A DNA stretch of 64,000 nt from Histomonas meleagridis 2922-C6/04-290x. Taxonomy: Eukaryota > Protista > Parabasalia. The DNA lies in assembly GCA_020184695.1 (NCBI GenBank), contig JAANOX010000149.1:186001-250000 (forward strand), written 5' to 3'. Below are positions 54,302 through 64,000 of this stretch, piece by piece (the first letter of the stretch is position 1; every line of letters starts with the position of its first letter). The notes beneath the pieces are model-generated. The model searched no databases and was not told where the DNA came from. It saw only the letters and a program-made list of their open reading frames with translations. The translations under genes and the position numbers were made by a program.

Positions 54302-54750
54302 TAATATAAAATGGTATTGGATGCAATCATAAGTGCTGTTTAAAATAATTTAAAGAATTTTTAAATATTATTTTTGAATATTAAATTATTAAAATAAATT
54401 TTAAATAAAACAAATAAATATTTTTAGCACTAATATCAATTCCTTCTTGTTCGAGAAGTAATTTAACAATTTCTGTATGACCATTTTTAGATGCAATCAT
54501 AAGTGCTGTTCTAAATAATTTAAATAATTTCCAAATATTTTTTTGAAATATTAAATTATTAAAATAAATTTTAAATAAAACAAACAAATATCTTTGGCAT
54601 TAATATCAAATCCTTTTTGTTCAAGAAGTAATTTAACAATTTCTATATTAGATGCCCAAAAAAGTGCTGACCATAATATTTTAAATAATTTCCAAATACT
54701 ATTTTAAAATACCAAATTATTTTAATAAATATCAAAAATTGATTAAAAAA
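54302..54750 (-). pseudogene. Ankyrin-repeat fragment with two 80-nt spacers
   Basis: SALFWASNIEIVKLLLEQKGFDINAKD - 80 nt (54510-54589) - TALMIASKNGHTEIVKLLLEQEGIDISAKN - 80 nt (54340-54419) - TALMIAS(truncated). Confidence 0.8.
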
Positions 54751-55060
54751 GTGACAAATTCTCTTAGATTTGCAAATCAGTTGACTTCCTTAAAACACAC
54801 ACGCAACAGAAAAAAAATCGTATATTTATTATATTCGACTTTATATATGTAACAACCCAAATATAAGGCAATAAGTAGATAATACACAAAATGTTTTATT
54901 GTATTTTAATGAGTGATATCACTTTAGTCTTTTAGACATAAAGAACCGAAATTTTGTGATAAAACACTTTTTTGTTATATTTTACTTCATAATTTGATAA
55001 AAATATTTTCTTTTAATATAACAAACGAAAACTTAAAAAACAAAACAAATTATTTTCTAT

Positions 55061-57526
55061 TTACTGAATTCTGTTAATCATTTGAATAAGGTACAATGAG
55101 TAGTTAATGTTATCCTCAAGATAACGTATTGCATCTTCTTGAGCCTCTTTTACTTCATTTAACAACTGTTTCAAATTTGGATTTTTCAGGATCATTGCAC
55201 CGAATTCATTTAAGAACACGCTTAACAATGCTTGAATCATTTCGAAGTTATTTCTTTGGTTTAAGCCAAATATTAACATTTTCATGAATAAAACTCTTTC
55301 ATCGCAATCGCCATTTACATGTAACCCCGAAATTTCCAAATTTATTGCATCATGATTCATATTAATCATTAAGTTAATACTATCATTAAAGTCATCTTTT
55401 TCATTATCGATAATTAATTGTTTCACGAATTCGGATGAAGGCATTACATCTTTATCTAAAGTCATATTTTCTTCTGTTTCTAAATTAGGCAAAGCTAAAT
55501 TTGTTGAAGCTGATAAGAAAAATGGTACAATAATTTTCGTTTTGGAAAACTTTAATGGATCTGTTGGCGGATTTATTACATTTTTCATCTTAATCGTTGG
55601 CTGTTCACTATATATTATTAATCCTTCTTGTTTTGCTATTTCTATTTCATTTAATGATTCCGAGCTAATGATTTTCTCTGGTCTAAAGTACCATAATTTT
55701 GTCGATAAATTATTCTCATGAATTGTAGCAATTAAATTCTCTTTAGGATGTGCTGCTATACCTGTTATAGGATATGGAATCTTAACTGATTGTATTAATG
55801 ATGCCGTCATCATATCAAACAAATAAACATTTTCAAATGATGAAATAATTAAATATTTTCCATCATTCGAAAAACATAAACTTGTTCCATTAATTTCAAA
55901 TATACGTGCAATTAATTTCGATATTACATCAACAATATATACTTTCTCATTAGCTGTAATAGCTAATAAATGTGAATTAGGATGTGGTGCCATCTTTGTG
56001 ATTGGCGATTCTAAATTAATTGAGCCTTCAAAAGTTAATTCATCAAAGTTATGGAAATAAATTGTCCCGTCTTCTGCTCCAGAGATTATATGTTGATTAA
56101 GAGAATCAGAATATACAAAGACAACACGTGAATCATGTTTCGTTTCGATTGATCCTTTATGTCGCGCACTTTGCGTTACAAATACTTCAACTGTTCCAGC
56201 ATCTGTGCCAACAATTCCAAAGTTTCCACATGGAGTTAAGTATGTACATGTCGCTTTGATTTCCCCATTAAAATCGGCAAATGTAATCGTTTGATTACTT
56301 TCAATTCGTGAACCATTCTTGGGCATCGCTGTAAGCGCTTTACGAGCAAATCGTGAATTTTCTATATCCCATAAGAAGACTAATGTCCCATCTACGTGTT
56401 GTGAAGCAATGGACGCATAACGTTGTGCATTCGTGGTCGAAATCGATTGGATTGGATTCGATAAATGCTTACGATTTAATGGTGCAGTGGAGATAATAGA
56501 TGACGTGGTTTCGATTATTGGGTTTGCTGAGATAATGGTCGATGTACCTGATGCAGTAACGATATTTGTGGAACCATTAACTTCGACAAAGGATACAGCT
56601 ACTGGAGGTGTTTCATGGCCAACACGACTACGATAGATTCGTAAAAGGTCTTCGGTTTCATCATCGGCAATCCATTGTTTGATGGAATTATCTGAACTAC
56701 CAGTAATCAAAAGATTGGTCTTCATAAAGCTGACTGATGTTATTGAGTTGTTATGGCAATGTGATTTGGAGGCTATGATTTGTTTAAGATTAAGATCCCA
56801 TACTAATAATTTCCCATTTTCCATGCCAACGGCAATATGTGGTGGACCGTCAATACGAAATGAGAAGTCTGTGATGGGGGCTGGCATTTGAAAGGTAAAT
56901 AACGTTTCATCTTGACGAACATTATGAAAAACTAATCGACCATCATAAAGTGCAAAGGCCATAACATCAGGGTTAGGTGATTGCTGAATGCGTTTGACAA
57001 TGGAACCAAAGCCAGAAAAATTATATATACACATTTGAGATTTGATATTCCATAATGAATACTGTCCGTCACTTGTTGCTACAATTAGCTTGTTAACATA
57101 AGTGTATGGGTGCATAACAGTCGTAATTTCTTTTCCTACATCAATTTTAAATATTTCTTTTAATTCATCTGAATAACATGTAAATGTTGTACCCTGGGAA
57201 ATTACAACATATGGATCAAGGGAAATAAGGTTCGTTGGTGGTTGCTGTAATTGTATTTCGTCATATTCATTATCTTTAATATCTGTTGCACGAAGTGTAG
57301 AATTAGTTGTTGTAAAAACAACATTAGAATTAGCTGCAATATGTGTGATTTTTTGACTGTGTGGAGTGCTTATTTGAGTTAGTTTAAGCTCTTCTGCTGA
57401 ATATATATGAAAAACATCATCAATGGCAACTGCTAAAAAAGGCCAATTTTTGCTGTAAACAATTTCAAAATGTATATCTCCACATATTCGACCAATGTCT
57501 TTAAAGAATTCGAAGCAATCAAACAT
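55061..57526 (-). CDS. UTP21: WD40 small-subunit processome component Utp21/WDR36
   Basis: WD repeats, SPNPDVMAFALYDG, LITGSSDNSIKQW, RSRVGHETPP, TPCGNFGIVG; C-terminal NFEMIQALLSVFL. Two M3-like motifs upstream (57580, 57606). Confidence 0.85.
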   Translation of the reverse strand: MFDCFEFFKDIGRICGDIHFEIVYSKNWPFLAVAIDDVFHIYSAEELKLTQISTPHSQKITHIAANSNVVFTTTNSTLRATDIKDNEYDEIQLQQPPTNLISLDPYVVISQGTTFTCYSDELKEIFKIDVGKEITTVMHPYTYVNKLIVATSDGQYSLWNIKSQMCIYNFSGFGSIVKRIQQSPNPDVMAFALYDGRLVFHNVRQDETLFTFQMPAPITDFSFRIDGPPHIAVGMENGKLLVWDLNLKQIIASKSHCHNNSITSVSFMKTNLLITGSSDNSIKQWIADDETEDLLRIYRSRVGHETPPVAVSFVEVNGSTNIVTASGTSTIISANPIIETTSSIISTAPLNRKHLSNPIQSISTTNAQRYASIASQHVDGTLVFLWDIENSRFARKALTAMPKNGSRIESNQTITFADFNGEIKATCTYLTPCGNFGIVGTDAGTVEVFVTQSARHKGSIETKHDSRVVFVYSDSLNQHIISGAEDGTIYFHNFDELTFEGSINLESPITKMAPHPNSHLLAITANEKVYIVDVISKLIARIFEINGTSLCFSNDGKYLIISSFENVYLFDMMTASLIQSVKIPYPITGIAAHPKENLIATIHENNLSTKLWYFRPEKIISSESLNEIEIAKQEGLIIYSEQPTIKMKNVINPPTDPLKFSKTKIIVPFFLSASTNLALPNLETEENMTLDKDVMPSSEFVKQLIIDNEKDDFNDSINLMINMNHDAINLEISGLHVNGDCDERVLFMKMLIFGLNQRNNFEMIQALLSVFLNEFGAMILKNPNLKQLLNEVKEAQEDAIRYLEDNINYSLYLIQMINRIQ

Positions 57527-57832
57527 TTTCTTTGACCAGTGGTCAAGTATGTCACTTTTACGTTTCAAAATTTTACAAAGACCGTTTATTTTTGAAACAT
57601 TATGAAACCGTTAAAAATGTGTTAAATTTATCAATACTGATATAATCATTAACAAATTATAATTAGAAAAACAAAAAATATACAAGAGAAATCTAAAGCT
57701 TTTACTTAGTGTAATATTTGATGTAATAGATCCCAAAATTTAAATGATATATAGAGATGTTAGAATGATCTCATTTATTCTATATTGTTTCATTTAATGT
57801 TCATTTGTAAATTTAATTTGAAAAGTTAAAAT

Positions 57833-60394
57833 TTATATTTCCCCTTTATAGATTTCATTAGAAAATGGATCCCCATCAATCTGTGGATTAATTTCCATTG
57901 GAGGATTATTAGTTGTATTTTCCTCATTTTTATTTTCCTCATTATTTTCACTGATAGTTTGTTGATTTTGTTTATAAAATAAAAGAATAAAAATTGTAAT
58001 TATTAAGATAACAATTAAACAAATAACAACAACAAGGATAATAATAGTATTAATACCTAATGGTTTACCATTATTTTGTTGTTTATTTATATTTAATATA
58101 GTAAAAACATCAGAATAAAATATAAAATTTGTTGTATATTGCAAAATTGTTTGACTAGAATAAATAATAATCGTATTAATATAAATATATGATAAATTTA
58201 CAAAGGATAGTGAAATAGTACTTAAATATGAAATTTGTTGTGTAATTGTTTGTGTAATTGAACATGAATTTATCATAGTTAAAGAATGTGAAAATGTTAT
58301 ATCAGATTGAAAAGAAGATATAAATGTATTTGACAGTGGAAATGTATTTGACAGTGGAAATATATTTGACAGTGGAAATGTATTTGAAGCTGACAATGAA
58401 TTAGTAAAGGATTTTGACTGTGTAAATGAAAGTGTTGGCATTGGAGTGCAGTCTTTAAAAACACTACCTTTCAATACACTCATTTTACCAAATCTGGTAT
58501 CATTATATGAATTCAAAACCATAACAAATTTAGTTAAGATACCAGAAAATGTTTCATTTCCAATTGATGGTTGTATATCACCATAAAAATAAATACATGT
58601 AAGATTTTTACATTGATAAAATGCAAAATCTCCTATATTCTTAACATTGCTTGGAATGACAATATTTTTTATATTCTTGCATTCATAAAAGGAATAATTT
58701 TCAATGATTTGTATAGAATTTGGGATTTCAAATGTTTCATTTGTGTTTCCATTAGGATAACAAATAAGATTTGTAAAATTTTTATTATAAATAACTCCAT
58801 CATTGTTATAATTAGAATAAAATTTATTTTCTTGTGATATATTAACACATTGAAGTTTTGTACATAAATTAAATACTCCAATTCCAATATGTGTAATCGA
58901 TTTTGGAAATATAACATTTTCTAATGAATTACAATATTCAAATGCAAAATCATTTATTGCTATAATATTATTTCCAAATATAACATTTCCTAAATCATGA
59001 TTTGAACTAAATGCTGATTTTCCTATTGATACAGTTGAATTTTGAAATGAAACAATAATTAAATAACAATCATAAAATGAGTGAACTCCAATTGTTTTTA
59101 ATGATTTTGGAAACGTTATTATTATTAATGAACATTCAGAAAATGCATAATCTCCGATTGATATTAATGAATTTGAAAATATAACATTTTCTAATTGTAT
59201 ATTTGACTGAAATGCAAAATCTCCAATTGAAATTAATGAATCTGGAAATGTAATATTACTAAAGAAACATGAAGAAAATGCAAAATCTCCAATCGTAGTA
59301 ACTGAATTTGAGATAATAATATTCTTTATATTCTCGCATTCATAAAAGGAATAATTTTCAATGATTTGAATAGAATTTGGGATTTCAAATGTTTCATTTG
59401 TGTTTCCATTAGGATAACAAATAAGATTTGTAAAATTTTTATTATAAATAACTCCATCATTGTTATAATTAGAATAAAATTTATTTTCTTGTGATATATT
59501 AACACATTGAAGTTTTGTACATAAATTAAATACTCCAATTCCAATATGTGTAATCGATTTTGGAAATATAACATTTTCTAATGAATTACAATATTCAAAT
59601 GCAAAATCATTTATTGTGGTGATATTATTTCCAAATGTAATATTATCTAAATCATGATTTGAACTAAATGCAGAAACGCCAATTGATTTTAATGAATTTT
59701 GAAATGTAATGTTGATTAAAGAACAACTTTTGAATACATTGTTTTCAATTGTCTCTAAATTCTTTCCAAAAGTAATTGTTTTCAATGAAGTGCAGCGATA
59801 AAATGCTTTACTTTTAATTATAGTAACTGAATCCCCAATATCAACAGTAGTTACAGATGTCCAACCGTTAAATGTATTATTTGGAATAACAGTAACATTA
59901 CCATTAATTATAATATGTTTGATGCTTAAATTTTTTTTAGTTGGGAATTCATTTGAGTTAGAAATATTAAGTGTATCTGAAACATTAAATGAATAAATGA
60001 AGAAAACAACAAAAAAGAATGGAGCGAATTTAATATTACAGGATTTTTTAATGTGAATATTGTGAAATAAATAATTTGTTATTAATGATAATTTATGTTT
60101 GTTCTTAATAATGGAAAATAAAAGAAATGAAAATAAATACATTGATATAAAGATTTTGATTAAAAAATTTTCATAATATTCGAAGTAATCGAAAACCGAA
60201 CACAAAGAAGAAGAATATACTTTTCGATAATAACAAGATATACATTGGTTTTGTGTAGATAAAAATAGATTGTTCAGAATTTTTAATGAATTATCAATCA
60301 AATTACATATATAATGAGGTTGTAATTGGATCAATTGAACCTTTTGATAAAACTCTTTGAAATTATTAATTAATACTGATTTTTGCATAATCAA
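57833..60394 (-). CDS. BspA-like LRR surface protein with internal duplication, Ser/Thr stalk and TM
   Basis: LRR_5 repeats, FPLSNT repeats, TM IIILVVVICLIVILIITIFILLF. True start uncertain (signal-like FFFVVFFIYSF near 60020). Confidence 0.88.
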   Translation of the reverse strand: MIMQKSVLINNFKEFYQKVQLIQLQPHYICNLIDNSLKILNNLFLSTQNQCISCYYRKVYSSSLCSVFDYFEYYENFLIKIFISMYLFSFLLFSIIKNKHKLSLITNYLFHNIHIKKSCNIKFAPFFFVVFFIYSFNVSDTLNISNSNEFPTKKNLSIKHIIINGNVTVIPNNTFNGWTSVTTVDIGDSVTIIKSKAFYRCTSLKTITFGKNLETIENNVFKSCSLINITFQNSLKSIGVSAFSSNHDLDNITFGNNITTINDFAFEYCNSLENVIFPKSITHIGIGVFNLCTKLQCVNISQENKFYSNYNNDGVIYNKNFTNLICYPNGNTNETFEIPNSIQIIENYSFYECENIKNIIISNSVTTIGDFAFSSCFFSNITFPDSLISIGDFAFQSNIQLENVIFSNSLISIGDYAFSECSLIIITFPKSLKTIGVHSFYDCYLIIVSFQNSTVSIGKSAFSSNHDLGNVIFGNNIIAINDFAFEYCNSLENVIFPKSITHIGIGVFNLCTKLQCVNISQENKFYSNYNNDGVIYNKNFTNLICYPNGNTNETFEIPNSIQIIENYSFYECKNIKNIVIPSNVKNIGDFAFYQCKNLTCIYFYGDIQPSIGNETFSGILTKFVMVLNSYNDTRFGKMSVLKGSVFKDCTPMPTLSFTQSKSFTNSLSASNTFPLSNIFPLSNTFPLSNTFISSFQSDITFSHSLTMINSCSITQTITQQISYLSTISLSFVNLSYIYINTIIIYSSQTILQYTTNFIFYSDVFTILNINKQQNNGKPLGINTIIILVVVICLIVILIITIFILLFYKQNQQTISENNEENKNEENTTNNPPMEINPQIDGDPFSNEIYKGEI
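58660..59671. repeat. ~355-bp near-identical direct repeat inside BspA (offset 657 bp)
   Basis: 58660-59014 versus 59317-59671; the encoded block SAFSSNHDL...YSFYEC occurs twice. Confidence 0.88.
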
Positions 60395-61636
60395 TAATGA
60401 AAGTCAAAAGAAACATATTTTTTATGATATATCAAAATAAAATATTGATTTTGAAACATTGATATGTCTGGTTTTTATACAATTCAAATTTTTTAACCAT
60501 TGAATAAACGAAAAAGTCTATGAATCATTCAATTTACGTTTAGCATGTTTGTAATATCAAGTGCTTTATTGATTGGGTTCACGTGTATTGTAATAATTGT
60601 GTTCCACAATGTATGAAATAACCTGAATTTATCGAGAATGAATTTTAAAATTATATGTGTTAAAAAATATTAAATAGATAAAATGTAGAATATTCTTAGA
60701 ATTGATTATTTTAAGTATCTTTTATAAGATGTGACTATATTTGAATCAAGATATTTCTAAGCGAAAAATTAAAAAACTCGATCAATTGTATGTGATAGAA
60801 AATATCCATATAAAGTCATTTAATGCAAAATTGTTGTTTATTTGTGTAATACACTTATTCGTGAAAAAATCATTTCATCTTCTTGAAAATGAAGAAACTG
60901 ATAAGTTAATCTTACGATAAGTTCTGTTTGTCGAACGCTGATTTACGATTAAATACAATTTAATATTTGATAAGTTTATACTCCCAAAACTCTTTTAACT
61001 CAAAAAGTTTTCAGAAAAGGCAAAGCAAAAAAACACATGTGCAACGAGTTTGACGAAATTTCAATGAGTTCTTCTGATGAGGAACCACTACCACCACCTA
61101 TGAGGGAACCTCCAAGTGTAATACACAACAAAGATTTTATTCAATTTCAAGTGATTTCACAAGATCAGGATAATTCCATCAATAGCAATCTTATTTCAGA
61201 TTCAAGCTCCTCCGATTAAGTGGTTTTTGTAATAAATTAATCATATAAATAAATCATGTATATAAAAAAAAACATTTTTTCCTTCATTTCCCAAATAACA
61301 AAGTAATCATCTACATCTTTGTTGTAAGGCGACTTAAAATTTTCGTGTTAAATGGAAAATAATTTGAGAATAAGCATAGAAGGAACAAAACTCAATCATT
61401 TTGAACACGAAAATGCCGCATTCAAAATAATTACTTTTTAAGTTAAAGCCTTATCTCAAATACGATACATGTAAATTATATAAAATTGTGAGTTCTAAAA
61501 TTTTGAGGTTAAAACTCATCAATTCGAAAAAAATACATTTATATTTCCACAAGCTTTAGAAAAGATAAACATATTTGTGACATTTTATTATGCATTTACA
61601 TGCAATTTCTTTCTGATTGGAAAATCATTTTCGAAT

Positions 61637-62456
61637 TTAAAATGACAATTGAATGCTTTGAAGAATTAATTGAATCTTTGCTTGTGCATTATCATCAATT
61701 ATCTTGCCTGAAAGATGTAATATGGCAAAATGTAATGCTTCTGCAGCTGCTTCTCGAACTTCAGGTGTTAGATATTCTGGACTTTGTTCGATTGGCATGC
61801 TAAGTATTTTTAATGAAGCATCAAAAATATTGGCATAAATTGGAATGAGTGCGTCATGTTTAAGTTCTTGATCAAAATTAGACAAATTTAGAATATCAGA
61901 AAAAATCTTTAAAAATCCAATCATGATATTAGTGGAATTCGTTTGAAGAATGTTATTGGAAATTTCTTGGATACCGTCAATCCATTGACCTCCTTCAATT
62001 CCAAATATATGAAAAAATTTGACTTGAAACATCGCAAATAACGAAATCGTTTTCACTAATTGTGGCGGCAATTAATCTTTTAAGGTTGACTATAAACCCA
62101 TCGAGAGACCAGAAATTTTTTATAATAATATTTCGGCGTTCTGGCGTCTTGGGATTTAATAAATAAGAAATAATTTTTGCTGGATATCGTCTTATGTCGT
62201 TTGCATTATTGGCATTTGAAAGTATAAAACAAAATTTTTCATTTGGATGATTAGTAAGTATTTCATCAATTATTGAGTTTAATTGATCATAACCTTCCCT
62301 ATCGATAAGGTTAATAAGTTCACTGTAATTTTTATTAAAATATTGGATTTCATTAATATCATGATTTAAACCTGATTTGTTTTCTTCATTATTCGTTGTT
62401 ATAATTTCATTAATTTCTGAAGTTCCGCTTGTACCTTGTGTAAGGTTGGTGTACAT
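61637..62456 (-). pseudogene. Helical hypothetical protein split by one frameshift (or homopolymer assembly error)
   Basis: ORFs 61995-62456 and 61637-62071 overlap and join plausibly at a T6 run near 62012-62017. Confidence 0.55.
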
Positions 62457-62919
62457 TATTTTAGATTGTTAAAAATTATTATTTCTGATTTAGTTAACCC
62501 TGTACAGGTGATTAAAATCAATTCAATAAGTGAAAATTAACAAAGTATTGATAAACTTTTTTAATACTTTATACTAAGCATAAATCATACAAAATAGCTA
62601 TCATGTAATTCAATAATTGCTGCCCCATGAGGATTTAAAAAAAAAAATCACAAATACAATTATCAGGCCTGCATAAGATAACACTTGTTTTAAATGTTAT
62701 AGACACAATCATATAAAAACAATCAAAATTTCATTGCATTTATAATGGTATAAATATTTACTATTAATAGTAAAGTTGTACAACTTTGATCTAAAAAAAT
62801 AAAATTGTTAATATAATTCACTAACAGAAGGAAAACAATTAAATTACTGCCTTTTCGTCTGTGTCAAAAAATAAAATAAAACATTCAACAACATTATTTA
62901 TAACACCTTTAATTATTAT

Positions 62920-63729
62920 TTAATCTTCTTGTAGATCAAGTTTTGGTGGTTTCCTGTCTGGTCTTTGCAAACCAAGTATCGAAACCAAGTTATCTCTGTC
63001 AAGCTTCATGAGCGATTTTGATATCAACTGCCTCCTGACTGATTCAAGGGCTGCATCTGATTCATCTATTTCTGGTTCGGCACTTCGTTCGATATCTTCA
63101 TCGCTCATTTCGACATTTGGTCCATACCAATCTTGATCGAAAATTTTGTCAAAATCTTTGATCATGATTTCAATCGCTTTCATTGAGTTACCAGATGCCA
63201 CTGAATCTGTTCTTGGATATAATGATGGCGAAAAAACAATTGAAAGATTTGAAGCATCCATCTTGTTAAACTCCACCTCTGTAGTGATTGCATTAAAGTA
63301 ATGCATTAAATATGCAAGAGTATTGCGTCTGGTAGGACAGCCTTGAGATACAAGATTATGAAGTTCTGTAAAAAGAGTATCATCATTTGTTGAGCATTGT
63401 ATTACTGTATTGATTTTGTCATAAATATCTTCCCCAATTAGGGGATCTAATCCAGATAACTCTCTGATATAACGTTTGAGAGCTCCTGCAATAATATGTG
63501 GATCTTCATACCCTTGGAAGTCTTTAACCCTATTGCGATCAAGAAGCAAACATAGATTTTCAACTGTACTTTTTTGCGCACTGATGCGGAATATCCCTTC
63601 AACCTTCCCTGAATCAAGAACTTTCATTTCTTTAATAAGATCTGTAACAATAAAAGGAACTTTGCCATTATATTCTTTAAGACTTTTGGTAAAAAAATGT
63701 GGTCCAGGCGCAGGATCTGCAAGAGTCAT
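62920..63729 (-). CDS. RhoGAP-domain protein
   Basis: VPFIVTDLI, EGIFRISA (arginine finger), IAGALKRYIREL, NKMDASNLSIVFSPSL. Confidence 0.92.
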   Translation of the reverse strand: MTLADPAPGPHFFTKSLKEYNGKVPFIVTDLIKEMKVLDSGKVEGIFRISAQKSTVENLCLLLDRNRVKDFQGYEDPHIIAGALKRYIRELSGLDPLIGEDIYDKINTVIQCSTNDDTLFTELHNLVSQGCPTRRNTLAYLMHYFNAITTEVEFNKMDASNLSIVFSPSLYPRTDSVASGNSMKAIEIMIKDFDKIFDQDWYGPNVEMSDEDIERSAEPEIDESDAALESVRRQLISKSLMKLDRDNLVSILGLQRPDRKPPKLDLQED

Positions 63730-64000
63730 GCAGATAAAATAAAAGTGTCAAAATATTGAAATAAATATTTATTTGCCAATTTTATTGTGAGAAAATAAAA
63801 TGACATAAAAAACCTAGAAAAAAAAGAGCCTTTTCATATAAGAACTTAATTTTTTATACTACAAAATTATTTCCTGCAGTACTTTTATCTTTAACACATA
63901 AGTTTATTCCATAAGGTATTGGTTTAATTATTTGATTAAAATTCGAATTAATTTTTAAAAATTTTTCTTAGTGTTGTTCAAATTGATTGTTTTTAACATT

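Noticed and set aside
61037-61219. 60-aa ORF with SSSDEEPLPPP
   Set aside because: Short, low complexity and without homology cues; could be real but cannot be supported.
1-64000. Alternative genetic code, rRNA or tRNA genes
   Set aside because: Conserved genes translate fully with the standard code and end at expected stops; no rRNA or cloverleaf signature was recognised by eye.

Overview
AT-rich eukaryotic genomic DNA, most consistent with a parabasalid (trichomonad, Tritrichomonas-like; inference). Support: BspA-type LRR surface proteins, a DUF3447/ankyrin family, an IscA with an MLS..R hydrogenosomal-type presequence, TCAYT initiators just before ATGs, RRCCGTT (M3-like) promoter motifs, and nearly all genes being uninterrupted ORFs. 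The window holds about 25 protein genes. Housekeeping genes: FPPS, V-ATPase F, IscA, SMC3, CHD remodeller, UTP21, CEP131-like, SPX phosphate transporter, RhoGAP, IKS-type kinase. Bacterial-type genes: malic enzyme, nitroreductase-like, CAP domain, glycosidase-type module. Three BspA genes are present. An ~8 kb graveyard of decayed DNA transposons from four DDE superfamilies, plus a purine/pyrimidine minisatellite, lies between SMC3 and CHD. The most unusual signal is three ankyrin-repeat loci in which intact ~30-codon ankyrin units alternate with a homologous AT-rich spacer. The spacer is exactly 80 nt in five junctions, breaks the frame and has no conserved GT-AG, making it a candidate non-canonical intron/recoding system. 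No rRNA, tRNA or CRISPR array was recognised. All family assignments come from motif recognition by eye, not database searches.
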